Below, piece by piece: positions 30,242 to 40,901 of a DNA stretch of 64,000 bases. The DNA lies in NCBI GenBank assembly GCA_019058445.1, contig JAHPZA010000009.1, positions 582,410 through 646,409 on the forward strand, written 5' to 3'. Every line of letters starts with the position of its first letter. Position 1 is the stretch's first letter. The notes beneath the pieces are model-generated. The model ran no database searches, had not been told where the DNA came from, and saw nothing but the letters and a program-made list of their open reading frames with translations. This stretch comes from Promethearchaeota archaeon. GTDB lineage: Archaea > Asgardarchaeota > Lokiarchaeia > Sigyniarchaeales > SOKP01. Both the position numbers and the translations under genes were made by a program.

Positions 30242-31735
30242 ATGAATATGCTCTACGAATACATGGGATATGAATTAATTGATAAAATAAAAAACAAGGA
30301 AGTATCAATTCAAGAGATCATTCAATCTCACTATAAACGAATTAAAGAAACAGAGAAATTGACACATTCTTTTGTTTATTTAACTGAAGAAGAGAAAGCT
30401 CTAAGAAAAGCAAAAGAGTGTGATGAAGATCTGAATAAAGGAAAACAGATTGGAAGACTATACGGTTTACCACTAGCAAATAAAGATCTTATATGTATAA
30501 AAGACACTCCTACAACATGCTGCTCTGAAATATTAAAAGGATATTACCCCCCTTATAATGCAACAGTAATAGATAAGTTAATTGAAAAAGGAGGAGCGAT
30601 TCATATTGGAAATACTAATATGGATGAGTTTGCTATGGGTAGTTCAACTGAAACTAGTTGTTATGGTCCTTCATATAATCCTTGGGATCTTTTAAGAGTT
30701 CCAGGAGGATCAAGCGGAGGTTCTGGTTCTGCTATAGCTGCAGGACATGCTGTTTTTGCTTTAGGAAGTGATACGGGGGGGAGCATTCGATCTCCTGCAT
30801 CTTATTGCGGAGTTGTTGGATTAAAACCAACTTATGGAAGAGTCTCACGATATGGACTAGTAGCTTTTGCAAATTCTCTTGACCAGATCGGTCCTATAAC
30901 TAAATGTGTTTATGATTCTGCCATTATGCTCGAAATTATGGCCGGAAAAGATCCGTTAGACTCAACCTCAGTTGATATAAAATGTGATAATTACACAGAA
31001 GTATTAACCCAATCAATTGAAAAGAAAATCCTCGGAGTTCCGGAAGAATTTTTTGGCGAAGGATTAGCAAAATCAGTAAAAAATTCAGTAGAAAAAGCAA
31101 TTAAAAAGCTACAAAGTTTAGGAGCAAAAATAGTTAATGTTTCAATACCGCATCTTGAATATACAGTACCAACGTATTATTTACTCTGCATGAGTGAAGC
31201 CAGTTCAAATTTAGCTCGATTTGATGGATTAAGATATGGAAAAATGAGCGATGATCTTGGCGGAGATGTATTTGATGTTTTTAGTAGAACAAGGGGTGCT
31301 GAATTTGGTACCGAAGTTAGAAGAAGGATTATGCTAGGAACGTATACATTGTCAGCAGGATATTATGATATGTATTATATTAAAGCGCTTAAAGTAAGAA
31401 CGCTAATTAAAAATGATTTTCAAGAAGCTTTTAAGAAATGCGACTCTATTGTTTGTCCCACAATGCCAACAACTGCTTTTAAGATCGGTGAATTAATTGA
31501 TGATCCTCTACAAATGTATTTGATGGATATTTTAACTTGTCCAGTAAATCTTGCGGGATTACCGGCTCTTTCAATACCTTGCGGATTTGATAATAATGAT
31601 CTACCTATTGGCTTCCAAATTATTGGAAATTACTTTGATGAGAGTGGAATTCTCAATATCGGTTATCAACTTGAACAAGAATTAAATTTGTTTAGAAAAA
31701 TGGCACCAATTAAAACAGGGGGTAAAAAGAAATGA
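30242..31735 (+). CDS. gatA: Asp/Glu-tRNA amidotransferase subunit A
   Basis: TNMDEFAMGSSTE, PGGSSGGS, GSDTGGSIR, SSNLARFDG. Confidence 0.97.
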   Translation: MNMLYEYMGYELIDKIKNKEVSIQEIIQSHYKRIKETEKLTHSFVYLTEEEKALRKAKECDEDLNKGKQIGRLYGLPLANKDLICIKDTPTTCCSEILKGYYPPYNATVIDKLIEKGGAIHIGNTNMDEFAMGSSTETSCYGPSYNPWDLLRVPGGSSGGSGSAIAAGHAVFALGSDTGGSIRSPASYCGVVGLKPTYGRVSRYGLVAFANSLDQIGPITKCVYDSAIMLEIMAGKDPLDSTSVDIKCDNYTEVLTQSIEKKILGVPEEFFGEGLAKSVKNSVEKAIKKLQSLGAKIVNVSIPHLEYTVPTYYLLCMSEASSNLARFDGLRYGKMSDDLGGDVFDVFSRTRGAEFGTEVRRRIMLGTYTLSAGYYDMYYIKALKVRTLIKNDFQEAFKKCDSIVCPTMPTTAFKIGELIDDPLQMYLMDILTCPVNLAGLPALSIPCGFDNNDLPIGFQIIGNYFDESGILNIGYQLEQELNLFRKMAPIKTGGKKK

Positions 31736-33186
31736 GTAAAACACATGAAGTGATCATTGGTTTAGAGGTCCATATTCAATTAACAAATCTTAAAACTAAA
31801 TTCTTTTGCAGTTGTAATTCAGATTATCGAGGTGTGGAGCCAAATACATATATATGTCCAATATGTATTGGTCTTCCTGGTTCATTGCCAGTAATAAACA
31901 AAAAGGCTATAGAATTTGCTACAAGATTAGCTCTAGCTTTAGACTGTGATATTAATGATACTTTTTGGTTCTATAGAAAAAATTATTTCTATCCGGACCT
32001 TCCGAAAGGATTTCAGATTAGCCAATATAATAAGGCAGGAGGGAAAGCCTTTGCCGATGGAGGCAAAATAACTATTAAATTAAATGGAAAAAAAAAAGAG
32101 ATAATCTTGAATAGGATTCATCTTGAGGAGGATCCCGCCCGGTTAGTTCACAAGGGCACTATAGCAACTTCTCCTTATACTTTAGTAGATTATAACCGTT
32201 CAGGGGTAACTCTTATAGAAATTGTCTCTGAGCCTGTTATAGGCACACCTGAAGAAGCACGAGAATATCTGAAACAATTAAAATCAATTGTTCAATATTG
32301 TGGCATTTCTAATTTAGATCTGGAGGGTTCTGTAAGAGTTGATGCAAATATTTCATTAAAAGGACACCCCCGTAGTGAAGTTAAAAATATTAATAGTTTT
32401 AAAGAAGTTGAGAGGGCATTAAAATGGGAAATTCAGAGGCAGAAAAACCAATTAAACAGAGGAAAAGAATTAATACAAGAAACAAGGCATTGGGATGATA
32501 AGAGGAGAATAACGATTTCTTTAAGAACAAAGGAATTTGAGCAGGATTATCGGTATTTCCCAGAGCAGGACTTAGTTCCTATTGAAGTCGATGATAAATT
32601 TATTTCTAATGTCAAAAAAGAATTACCTGAAATGCCAAATGAAAGGGCAAAGCGTTTTCAACAGAAGTACAAACTATCTGAATTCGATTCTGAAATACTT
32701 GTGCTAGATAAAGATATTGCTGATATTTTTGAAATAGGGATAAAGAAGGATAAATCCTTCGGTCCAGAGGAATATAAATTATATTGTAACTGGTTAATGG
32801 GAGACATTTCACGCTGGTTAAATGATAACAACAAATCTATAACAGAGACAAAACTTAACGCACAGCATATAGTGGACTTAATCAATTTCATTAACGAAGG
32901 CAAAATTACGGGAAAGATTGGTAAGACTTTAGTAGATGAGATAATGACTAAGGGTACATCCATCTCAAATATTTTAAAGAAAACCGGAAAACAAAGAATT
33001 TCTGATAAAGAAGAAATTACTCAAATTGTAAATGATGTGATAAAAGAAAATCCAAATATAATTCAAGACTATAAAACTAATCCTAAGGCATTACAAGCGT
33101 TAATTGGCAAATGCATGCAAAAAACGAGGGGCCAAATAGATCCAGAAATTACTAAGGAAATTATGTTAAAACTTCTTAACAAATAA
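31732..33186 (+). CDS. gatB: Asp/Glu-tRNA amidotransferase subunit B
   Basis: IGLEVHIQL, RKNYFYPDLPKGFQISQ, HLEED, DYRYFPE; 4-bp overlap with gatA. Confidence 0.97.
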   Translation: MSKTHEVIIGLEVHIQLTNLKTKFFCSCNSDYRGVEPNTYICPICIGLPGSLPVINKKAIEFATRLALALDCDINDTFWFYRKNYFYPDLPKGFQISQYNKAGGKAFADGGKITIKLNGKKKEIILNRIHLEEDPARLVHKGTIATSPYTLVDYNRSGVTLIEIVSEPVIGTPEEAREYLKQLKSIVQYCGISNLDLEGSVRVDANISLKGHPRSEVKNINSFKEVERALKWEIQRQKNQLNRGKELIQETRHWDDKRRITISLRTKEFEQDYRYFPEQDLVPIEVDDKFISNVKKELPEMPNERAKRFQQKYKLSEFDSEILVLDKDIADIFEIGIKKDKSFGPEEYKLYCNWLMGDISRWLNDNNKSITETKLNAQHIVDLINFINEGKITGKIGKTLVDEIMTKGTSISNILKKTGKQRISDKEEITQIVNDVIKENPNIIQDYKTNPKALQALIGKCMQKTRGQIDPEITKEIMLKLLNK

Positions 33187-33236
33187 ATTTTTCATCATTT
33201 TAAAAAAAGATAGTAAAAAAATTAAGTTAGAGCTAA

Positions 33237-33599
33237 TTATACAACATCTTTAATTGCCTCACTAGCCGCTCCCAATTTGAGGTTAATTATCCCCAATTTA
33301 GCCTCTTTAGTAGCAATAAGTGTGAGGATATTTCCTTTAACTTCAGCAAATAAGATTTTACCCTTTTCGCTCTCAATAATAGCATTTTGGAACACACCTT
33401 GTTCTAATTCTTTTGTTGCTCGCTGTGATGCTTTTAGAATAAGCGTCACCATCGCGGCTACGGCTTCGGGATCCACCCATCCAGGTAAAGCACTACCTTT
33501 AATCAACCCAAATTTTTCAATTAATGCGGCGCCGTGAACTCCCTTTATAGCTTTAAGGGAATCTAACACTTCAGTTAACTTTTCACTCATTTCACTCAA
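33237..33599 (-). CDS. Roadblock/LC7 (MglB-like) protein
   Basis: GVHGAALI..G, AAM..L..A...EL, IESEKGKIL, LG. Confidence 0.88.
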   Translation of the reverse strand: MSEMSEKLTEVLDSLKAIKGVHGAALIEKFGLIKGSALPGWVDPEAVAAMVTLILKASQRATKELEQGVFQNAIIESEKGKILFAEVKGNILTLIATKEAKLGIINLKLGAASEAIKDVV

Positions 33600-33782
33600 T
33601 TTATTTTGTATTAGGATAAAAGTTTATATAATTAATATGTAAGACTTGATGATATTTAAGTGTGAAAAGTTTTAAATTCACTATTAAAATTTAAATAAAA
33701 CATTGTCCAATATTAACACAATACACAAATCTAATACAAAATATTAAAATCATTAATATCAACTCAATTAGATGAGAAAAAA

Positions 33783-34532
33783 ATGGGTGAAATGGAAGAA
33801 GTAAAGCCAGGAGTAACTTGGCGCCATATTGTTGCTTTTGCTTTAGCCACAGGTGTGAGTACAGTTTTAGCGATATTTGCAGTAATAGTAGCTCCAGTAG
33901 CTCCCTTTCCAGGCGTTTCTGGCTTATATTTAGCTGCTGCAGTATATGTACCTCTGAGCTTATGGTTAGGGATTTGGGGAGTTCTCGCAGCATATATTTC
34001 ATGCGTCATTCTAGGCCTTGTAATTGGGTTAGGTCCATGGGCATTTGTATGGTCTCTTGCGGATTTAGTTGAGGGATTAATACCTCTCATAGCATTTAAG
34101 TTAACAAAAACAGATATTGATATTGGCAAAGATATGAAACGACCGGGGTTGTTATACGTGCTATTAGCAATTTTGGTAATTAATTTAATAATAGCTGCTA
34201 TTGCAACTGCCTTAGTAATTTCATGGTTATGGATCATAACTCTTATAATTGCTATTGCAATTATCGTTCTAATGTACGCAGTCAATCCATCTCGAGGATG
34301 GTTACTATTTATTATTTTCGGTATTATATTACCAGCTTTGTGTTCAGCTTTAATTGGAATCGGAGTGCTTGTTATAGCGGGTTTTGCTCCTGCTGAAGCT
34401 TTTTGGATAGGAGTAATTGGATGGTTCGCGGGCGATTTAATTGTACTTTCAGCAATTGCAACTCCAATGATGATTGTGTTAACAAAAAGAATTAAAGAAT
34501 CTTCCATATACGTGGAGAATTGGTTTTCATAG
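33783..34532 (+). CDS. ECF transporter substrate-binding (S) component, putative
   Basis: Highly hydrophobic; directly upstream of EcfT and the fused EcfA. Confidence 0.7.
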   Translation: MGEMEEVKPGVTWRHIVAFALATGVSTVLAIFAVIVAPVAPFPGVSGLYLAAAVYVPLSLWLGIWGVLAAYISCVILGLVIGLGPWAFVWSLADLVEGLIPLIAFKLTKTDIDIGKDMKRPGLLYVLLAILVINLIIAAIATALVISWLWIITLIIAIAIIVLMYAVNPSRGWLLFIIFGIILPALCSALIGIGVLVIAGFAPAEAFWIGVIGWFAGDLIVLSAIATPMMIVLTKRIKESSIYVENWFS

Positions 34533-34663
34533 AGGTAAATTGAAAAATCCAACATTATTATTACTTTTTTTTTCTTTCATAGCAAAAAAAATATGAATCT
34601 ATATTAAATACAATATCTAATATTAAATCAAAAGGATTCATTTGAATAAAAAGGGTGTACTAA

Positions 34664-35569
34664 ATTTCGAGCTCAACTCTATCTAAAACCTTTTTTTCTT
34701 ATATTCCTACTGATTCATTCATAGCAAGATTACATCCACTGACCAAGATAGGATTATTATTTATTTTAAGTGTAATTGCGTATGTATTTGAAAGCATTAT
34801 CGATTTAATAGCTTTATTGATTTTAGATATCATTTTGATTTTATTAACAAAAATACCTGTTTTTAGCAAGAAATTTATAAAAATTGTTAGTGGTTTCCTT
34901 CTTGCAAATTCTTCGATCTTTATTGCCTGGTGTTTATTTTCTCAAAGACCAGGATCTATAACTTATTTCGAGACGACTATTATAATTATAAAGGATATAT
35001 GGATATGGAATATATTAATTACAGATCAGACCATCTATTATGCTTCTCGTATTGCACTACGATCATTAATAATGTTCTTTCTCGCTCTAATGTTTTTTAT
35101 CGGAACTACAGACCGAGATTTGATTCATGGTTTACGGTCCATTAAAGTTCCGTTTACAGTATGTTTAGTAATAAATTTAATTTTCCGTGGGATAGCAATG
35201 TTCCAAACTGATTTCCAAATAATAAAAGAGGCAATGCAAACTCGAGGGGTTGAATTCAAACGAGTCTCACTTCCTCAAAAAATTAGAAATTTTGTTTCAA
35301 TTTTCATTGCCATTATAGTTTTAATGTTTAAAAAAACAGAGGAGATGGCCAATTCTATTGAATCAAGAGGAATACCCTTTCGATCAAAGAACAGAACTAT
35401 ATATCATTATTTCCCTTTGAGAAAGAAAGATTTTGCTATTTTAGTAGCGATTCTTTTATTTTTAGCTTTCTCAATATATTTAAGAATTTACAATTATAGC
35501 TTAGTGAATTTTATATTGAATTTCCTTTCGATAATATTAAATTTTATCCCTATTACCCTATTTTGGTGA
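34664..35569 (+). CDS. ecfT: ECF transporter T component (probable ATT start at 34664)
   Basis: DSFIARLHPLTK lies upstream of the ORF-track start; AMQTRG and SIESRG motifs. Confidence 0.85.
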   Translation: MSSSTLSKTFFSYIPTDSFIARLHPLTKIGLLFILSVIAYVFESIIDLIALLILDIILILLTKIPVFSKKFIKIVSGFLLANSSIFIAWCLFSQRPGSITYFETTIIIIKDIWIWNILITDQTIYYASRIALRSLIMFFLALMFFIGTTDRDLIHGLRSIKVPFTVCLVINLIFRGIAMFQTDFQIIKEAMQTRGVEFKRVSLPQKIRNFVSIFIAIIVLMFKKTEEMANSIESRGIPFRSKNRTIYHYFPLRKKDFAILVAILLFLAFSIYLRIYNYSLVNFILNFLSIILNFIPITLFW

Positions 35570-35575
35570 TTTATT

Positions 35576-37099
35576 ATGGAAACTGTTGTCGAATTTAAGG
35601 ATTTTTCTTGGAAATATAAATCTTCAAAAGAGCGTGTTCTTAAATCAATAAATTTGAAGATTCATAGAGGAGATTATCTGGGTATAATGGGTCCTACTGG
35701 AGCTGGGAAATCGACTTTATGTGCGTGTATCAATGGGCTCATCCCTTTAAAAACAAGAGGATTTATTAGCGGCTCAGTGGAAGTATTTGGTGAAAACACT
35801 CGGACTTTAAAAATGCCTGAAATCACTGCACGGGTCGGATTAATTTTTCAAGATCCAGAGACACAATTCATAATGATGAATGTAGAGGATGAAATAGCTC
35901 TAGGTTTAGAAACGCTAGGGCTTGAAAGAAAGGAAATTAAAAACAGAATTGAATGGGCATTAGATATAGTAGGTTTAAGAGGATTTGAACTGCGATCCCC
36001 TGAAGAACTTTCCGGGGGGCAAAAACAAAGAATTGCTATTGCTTCAATTCTAGCCATGAGACCCGAAATTCTCATTTTAGATGAACCTACCTCTGATCTT
36101 GATCCACTTAGCAAAATGGAAGTTTTTGAGTTATTGGACAAAATAAAAAGAGAATTTGAGTTAACAATTGTATTAGTGAGCCATGAAACAAGAAAGATTA
36201 TGGAGTTTTGTAATCGAGCAATTATAATTGATAATGGAGAGAAAATATACGATGGTGATGCTACTGGATTGCTCAATAATACCGATTTATTAAAATCTTC
36301 AGGTATATATATTCCAGAAGATATTTGCGGAAAAAGAATAGCAGAAGCTAAAGTTATTGTAAAACATGATAAAGAGCCTATCATAAGTGCCTCTAATATT
36401 AGTTATACTTATCCAGATATGACTCAAGCTTTAGAAGATATTAATCTAAAAATATATCAGGGAGATTTCATCGCAATTATTGGGAAAAATGGTTCTGGAA
36501 AAACTACCTTAGTAAAACATTTTAATGGACTTCTCAAGCCCCAACAAGGTGAAATTCTACTTAATAATAAATTCATTACAGAATATACAATACCCCAAAT
36601 TGCCCAAACTGTTGGATTTTGTTATCAAAATCCTGATCATCAGTTATTTAAAGGTACCATTAAAGAAGAAATAGAATTTGGGTTAAAAAACCTTAGATTT
36701 CCTGAGAATGAAATCGAAAAACGTCATGATAAGATCATTGAACTTTTGCAGTTAAGAAAATTTGAAGAGGTGTATGAATCTACTTTTTATCTTAGCAAAG
36801 GTATAAGACAAAGATTAGCATTAGCGTCAGTTTTGGTATTAAAACCAGATATTTTAATAGTTGATGAGCCCTCAACTGGGCAAGATTTTCTAATGATAAG
36901 TGAATTTATGAAAATTCTTGAAGATTTAAATAAAGAAAATAAGACAATCATAATAATAACCCATAATCCATATATAATAGCTAAATTTTCGAAAGAGGTT
37001 GTAATTCTTGATGATGGGAAGCTAATTAAGAAGCTTCCAACAGAAGATTTTTTAAAAAATGAAGAACTTCAACATAATGCTTGTTTCTTACCTCCCTAA
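35576..37099 (+). CDS. ecfA: ECF transporter fused double ATPase
   Basis: GPTGAGKS, FQDPETQ, LSGGQKQR; second domain GKNGSGKT, QNPDHQ. Confidence 0.93.
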   Translation: METVVEFKDFSWKYKSSKERVLKSINLKIHRGDYLGIMGPTGAGKSTLCACINGLIPLKTRGFISGSVEVFGENTRTLKMPEITARVGLIFQDPETQFIMMNVEDEIALGLETLGLERKEIKNRIEWALDIVGLRGFELRSPEELSGGQKQRIAIASILAMRPEILILDEPTSDLDPLSKMEVFELLDKIKREFELTIVLVSHETRKIMEFCNRAIIIDNGEKIYDGDATGLLNNTDLLKSSGIYIPEDICGKRIAEAKVIVKHDKEPIISASNISYTYPDMTQALEDINLKIYQGDFIAIIGKNGSGKTTLVKHFNGLLKPQQGEILLNNKFITEYTIPQIAQTVGFCYQNPDHQLFKGTIKEEIEFGLKNLRFPENEIEKRHDKIIELLQLRKFEEVYESTFYLSKGIRQRLALASVLVLKPDILIVDEPSTGQDFLMISEFMKILEDLNKENKTIIIITHNPYIIAKFSKEVVILDDGKLIKKLPTEDFLKNEELQHNACFLPP

Positions 37100-37225
37100 A
37101 TATCTCAATTGATTTTTAAGTTTTGGAAATCTGAGAGTTTCTCTTTTCAATTGATAAACATAAATATAAATATTTTAATAGAATTATTGATCTTAATTGA
37201 ATTGAATTAAAATGAAGTGATTTAA

Positions 37226-38005
37226 ATGGGTAAAAAAGAAATTGATAAAGCGAAAAAGATATTCAAGGACGCGTGGGATGTACTAGATGATTTTTTCGAA
37301 GAAAAACGTTCGGATACAATCATGGAAAAGGAAGAAAAAGCCAAAAAAGGAAAAGTTGCACTTGCTAAGTTTTCTAAAGGCATGATCGGAAAAACCAACC
37401 AAATAAATTTTAGGATTTTAATTGGGCAAGAAAAGGAAATTGGGGATCATATTTATGAAGCAGTGTACATGGATGATAAAAAAGAACCATATATTTATGA
37501 TTTCATGGTAAATCAAGGTAAACCAATAAATACGATTTTAACAAATTTTAAAGAGGATGATTGGAACGGCTACAAAAAGGTTAAGAAATTTAAATCTTTA
37601 ACGAAATTTTTAGAACATGCGTATGAAGATGGAATTTTTTTTGAGGGTAAAAAGAAGAAGAAAGATGACGCATTAGATCTATTAATCAAAAATGGGCTTA
37701 AACGATCACTTGAAGCAGTTGGTGATGATTCAGAGGATAAATATGGAATCGACAACGAAAAAGCAAAAAAGATTGCTAAAGTTGTAGCAATTGCGGTAGC
37801 AACAACTGTTGCCTCGGCAGCATTAACTCCTGCAGCTGGAGTTGTAGTCGCAGAAGTTGCTGGAGGAGCACCGGTCACAGGGGAGCTTGTTGGACAGGCA
37901 GCACAAGCAGCGGTAGAAGGTGTAGAAAAATTAGCCGATCCCGCAACCATTGCAAGAAAAGCAGCTCAAAAAGCGCTAACCAAAGGCAAATCATTAAAAG
38001 ACTAA
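37226..38005 (+). CDS. Hypothetical protein with an Ala/Val-rich hydrophobic C-terminal segment
   Basis: 259-aa ORF, SD-like gaagtga upstream. Confidence 0.7.
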   Translation: MGKKEIDKAKKIFKDAWDVLDDFFEEKRSDTIMEKEEKAKKGKVALAKFSKGMIGKTNQINFRILIGQEKEIGDHIYEAVYMDDKKEPYIYDFMVNQGKPINTILTNFKEDDWNGYKKVKKFKSLTKFLEHAYEDGIFFEGKKKKKDDALDLLIKNGLKRSLEAVGDDSEDKYGIDNEKAKKIAKVVAIAVATTVASAALTPAAGVVVAEVAGGAPVTGELVGQAAQAAVEGVEKLADPATIARKAAQKALTKGKSLKD

Positions 38006-38109
38006 AATTATTTAATCTTTACTTCTGACTTTAATTTGTTCTAATTTAAACCTCTTTATAAGAGATTCTTGAAATTAGTTGAACATCATTTTCCTAAGAA
38101 TTAAAAATA

Positions 38110-38150
38110 AAAAAAATAATGAAAAGAAAAAGACTACGCTCCTGCGTAGC
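38110..38150 (-). terminator. Hairpin plus U-tract terminator of the SDR gene
   Basis: CUACGC-AGGA-GCGUAG directly after the stop, followed by a long U-rich tract. Confidence 0.55.
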
Positions 38151-39095
38151 TTACATTTTTATCATTCCGCCAATTAGATCCATGAGGGTTTCTTTTCTAG
38201 GCAATCCTTTCATTAATTCTGATTTGACTCGCTCAGCTAGAAGTTGTGGAGTGAATGGCTTTCCATTATTACTAATACTATTAAATGAATGCCATCCTTG
38301 AAAAACATACACGCTGTCCCCTACGACTCTAAAAACTTCTCCAGTTATTTTTTTAGCCGCATCTGATGATAAAAATACCACCATGGGGGCTACATTAGCA
38401 GGATCAAAGATATCAAATCCGGCCTCATCTGTCTTACTCATAACATCTGCCATTTTGGGTGTAGCGTCTGTCGTAAGTCTAGTTCGAGCGACTGGAACAA
38501 GACAATTAACATTCGCATACTTTTTTAACTCCATTGCGGCGATTACCGTAAATGCTGCGATTCCCGCTTTAGCAGCGCCATAGTTGGCTTGTCCCATATT
38601 TCCTAATAATCCCGCATCTGATGCTGTATTAATAACTCTGCCGAAATTTTTTAATTTTGGATCCTCCTTGCCCATTTGTCTGAAATATGCTGAAGCATGT
38701 CTTGTCATATTAAATGTTCCCTTTAAATGTACTGCCATAATTGCATCCCATTCTGCTTCGCTCATATTGAAAAGCATACGATCTCTAAGAATACCCGCGT
38801 TGTTGACTAATATATCTAATTTACCAAATTCAGAAACAGCTTGGTCGATCATACCTTTAGCAGCATTAAAATCAGTAACGGAATCATAGTTTCCAACTGC
38901 TTTCACTCCTAATTTCTTAACCTCTTCACAAACTTGGTCTGCCACTTTTGCTTCCGACCCTGTCCCATCATGAAAGGCACCTAAGTCGTTTATGACTAAA
39001 TTGCAGCCCTCTTTGGCCATAGCCAATGCTTCTTGTCGGCCTAAACCACGGCCAGCGCCAGTTATAATGGCAACCTTACCATCTAACATTCCCAT
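38151..39095 (-). CDS. SDR oxidoreductase (MFE-2-type hydroxyacyl-CoA dehydrogenase-like)
   Basis: TGAGRGLG, VINDLG, NNAGILRD, NYGAAKAG. Confidence 0.92.
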   Translation of the reverse strand: MGMLDGKVAIITGAGRGLGRQEALAMAKEGCNLVINDLGAFHDGTGSEAKVADQVCEEVKKLGVKAVGNYDSVTDFNAAKGMIDQAVSEFGKLDILVNNAGILRDRMLFNMSEAEWDAIMAVHLKGTFNMTRHASAYFRQMGKEDPKLKNFGRVINTASDAGLLGNMGQANYGAAKAGIAAFTVIAAMELKKYANVNCLVPVARTRLTTDATPKMADVMSKTDEAGFDIFDPANVAPMVVFLSSDAAKKITGEVFRVVGDSVYVFQGWHSFNSISNNGKPFTPQLLAERVKSELMKGLPRKETLMDLIGGMIKM

Positions 39096-39332
39096 AGTTT
39101 ATCACTTTAAGAATTTGATTTTTTTTATATCTATATTATGGATAATTAAGAATCAATTGCTTAACTTAAAAAATTTAACATTCTTTTAGCTTTGAATAGG
39201 GAGATATTTAAGCAATTAGAAAATTCTGTGGTTCAAATCTATATAGGATCGAAATTTGAATTAAAAGGAGATTGGATTACGTACTTATTTAATAGAAATA
39301 TTAACTGAATTTTTAATCTATTATTAAATAAG

Positions 39333-39869
39333 CTATTGTTCGACAACTGCGGTCTTTACTTCTGGTTTGAATCCGCTTTCTATAATTATTTTCGTTGCCA
39401 TTTTGGCGACATTAGCTACTATTTTTGAGCAATAATTAACCATATCAGCTTTCATTTCATCATTGTAGGAATTTAACTCCCAAAGTGTCCAAGTAACTGT
39501 CATCCCGCTTTTTTGAACTTCAGAACATCGAGTTGAGCCATATTTTTTAACATATTGAGAATGTAAATTCTTTACTAGACCATAGCTTTTCATTGGTTTA
39601 TACATATCTTGAAAGTCCTTGTGCTTTCTAGGAAATAAATAACCCATAACCATTGAAGCTCCAATTAAGGCTCCACAAGATCCATCACCCGTTAACCCTA
39701 ATCCATTAGCTAAACCACTCGCAGCATTAAAAACATCATCATTCCAAATCCCCAATGCTTCGAAAATAGCAGCCACAGTTGTTTGAGCGCATCCAATACA
39801 TTCGGATTCATACTTTTCTCCGAGCTTGAATGCTTTTTCTGCAACTCCATTTGATTTTGGTTCATTCAT
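39333..39869 (-). CDS. C_GCAxxG_C_C family putative redox protein
   Basis: GCAQ, GSCGALIG, RC, YC. Confidence 0.85.
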   Translation of the reverse strand: MNEPKSNGVAEKAFKLGEKYESECIGCAQTTVAAIFEALGIWNDDVFNAASGLANGLGLTGDGSCGALIGASMVMGYLFPRKHKDFQDMYKPMKSYGLVKNLHSQYVKKYGSTRCSEVQKSGMTVTWTLWELNSYNDEMKADMVNYCSKIVANVAKMATKIIIESGFKPEVKTAVVEQ

Positions 39870-40000
39870 CTTGTTATAATTGGTTTTAACCCTTTTTAAA
39901 ATTTTAGATATTTCTTCTTTAAAGACACGAATATTTTGATAGTTTTTATCTATTTTGAGTTTGTAAGATCTTATGGTGAAATCAATGAAACTTGGTGAGA

Positions 40001-40834
40001 TTACAAAAATTGTCGAATATGCGCAATACTTTTTTTTAAAGCTCTACCCGTAATAATTTCTACTATCAAATTACCAGTATATTTGTATTTCTTCACTAGG
40101 TTAATAATCTGTTGAAAATCAATCTTTCCAGATCCTAAAGCGGGATGAAGATCAGTTTCTTTATTGACATTATCCGCTAAGTGGACATTCTTTACAATAT
40201 CATGAAATTTCTCCCAGTAAATCTCATTATTCATGTCGCATGTCCATGCATGACTTGTATCGAAGGTTAAAAATATATCATCTCGATTTAGATTTGTTAA
40301 GAACTCTTCAACATCCCTTTCATTTGCTAACATATACGCGTCTTGAGGCATATTTTCAATGCACACCATCACATCAAACTTTGCAGTAGCATCTAATAAT
40401 TCATTGACGGCTCTAATCAGTTGCTTCTTGTTATGCTCTCTGATTGTGTTTATTAGATAGTGGCCTATACCAGGATGAACTACTATAACCTTTGCGCCTA
40501 TTTCCTCACATATTTCTGTTGCATCTATACAAGATTTAACAGATGCTCTCGATATATTGATATTAAAAGAACATATGGATAAATCCGTAAATGGAGCATG
40601 GATTTGTTTATTAATTGAAGAGTAAGAATTACATAAATCGACAAATCTTCTTCTATTTTGACTTGAATATATCTCTGGAGGATCTAAGATTACCTCTACT
40701 TCTTTAATATTGTTTTTTTCAGCAAATTTAAAACATGCTTCAGTTGAAGTAATTAACAGATCAATCATAGTTTTAGCTTTACCACGAAGAGCTTTATCTA
40801 CAAGATGCCCCAAGCTACTTATTCCTAACTTCAT
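40001..40834 (-). CDS. Sugar-phosphate isomerase/epimerase (AP endonuclease 2 TIM barrel)
   Basis: HAPFTD, HPG, IENMP, FDTSH, HLADN, DLH..GSGKIDF. Confidence 0.88.
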   Translation of the reverse strand: MKLGISSLGHLVDKALRGKAKTMIDLLITSTEACFKFAEKNNIKEVEVILDPPEIYSSQNRRRFVDLCNSYSSINKQIHAPFTDLSICSFNINISRASVKSCIDATEICEEIGAKVIVVHPGIGHYLINTIREHNKKQLIRAVNELLDATAKFDVMVCIENMPQDAYMLANERDVEEFLTNLNRDDIFLTFDTSHAWTCDMNNEIYWEKFHDIVKNVHLADNVNKETDLHPALGSGKIDFQQIINLVKKYKYTGNLIVEIITGRALKKSIAHIRQFL

Positions 40835-40901
40835 AATTTTTTTCCCTATCCTTTTTTAACATCATTATTTTAAAAAATTTAAAAAAAAAAGAAATAATTT
40901 A

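Noticed and set aside
33764-34555. 263-aa minus-strand ORF
   Set aside because: Antisense shadow of the hydrophobic ECF S-component gene, which fits the operon.
34645-34700. BHB intron at the ecfT 5' end
   Set aside because: Only a weak G-U-rich helix can be drawn, and its predicted cuts give the wrong frame.
35848-36384. 178-aa minus-strand ORF and the other short overlapping ORFs in the track
   Set aside because: They lie antisense to or within well-supported genes and show no motifs.
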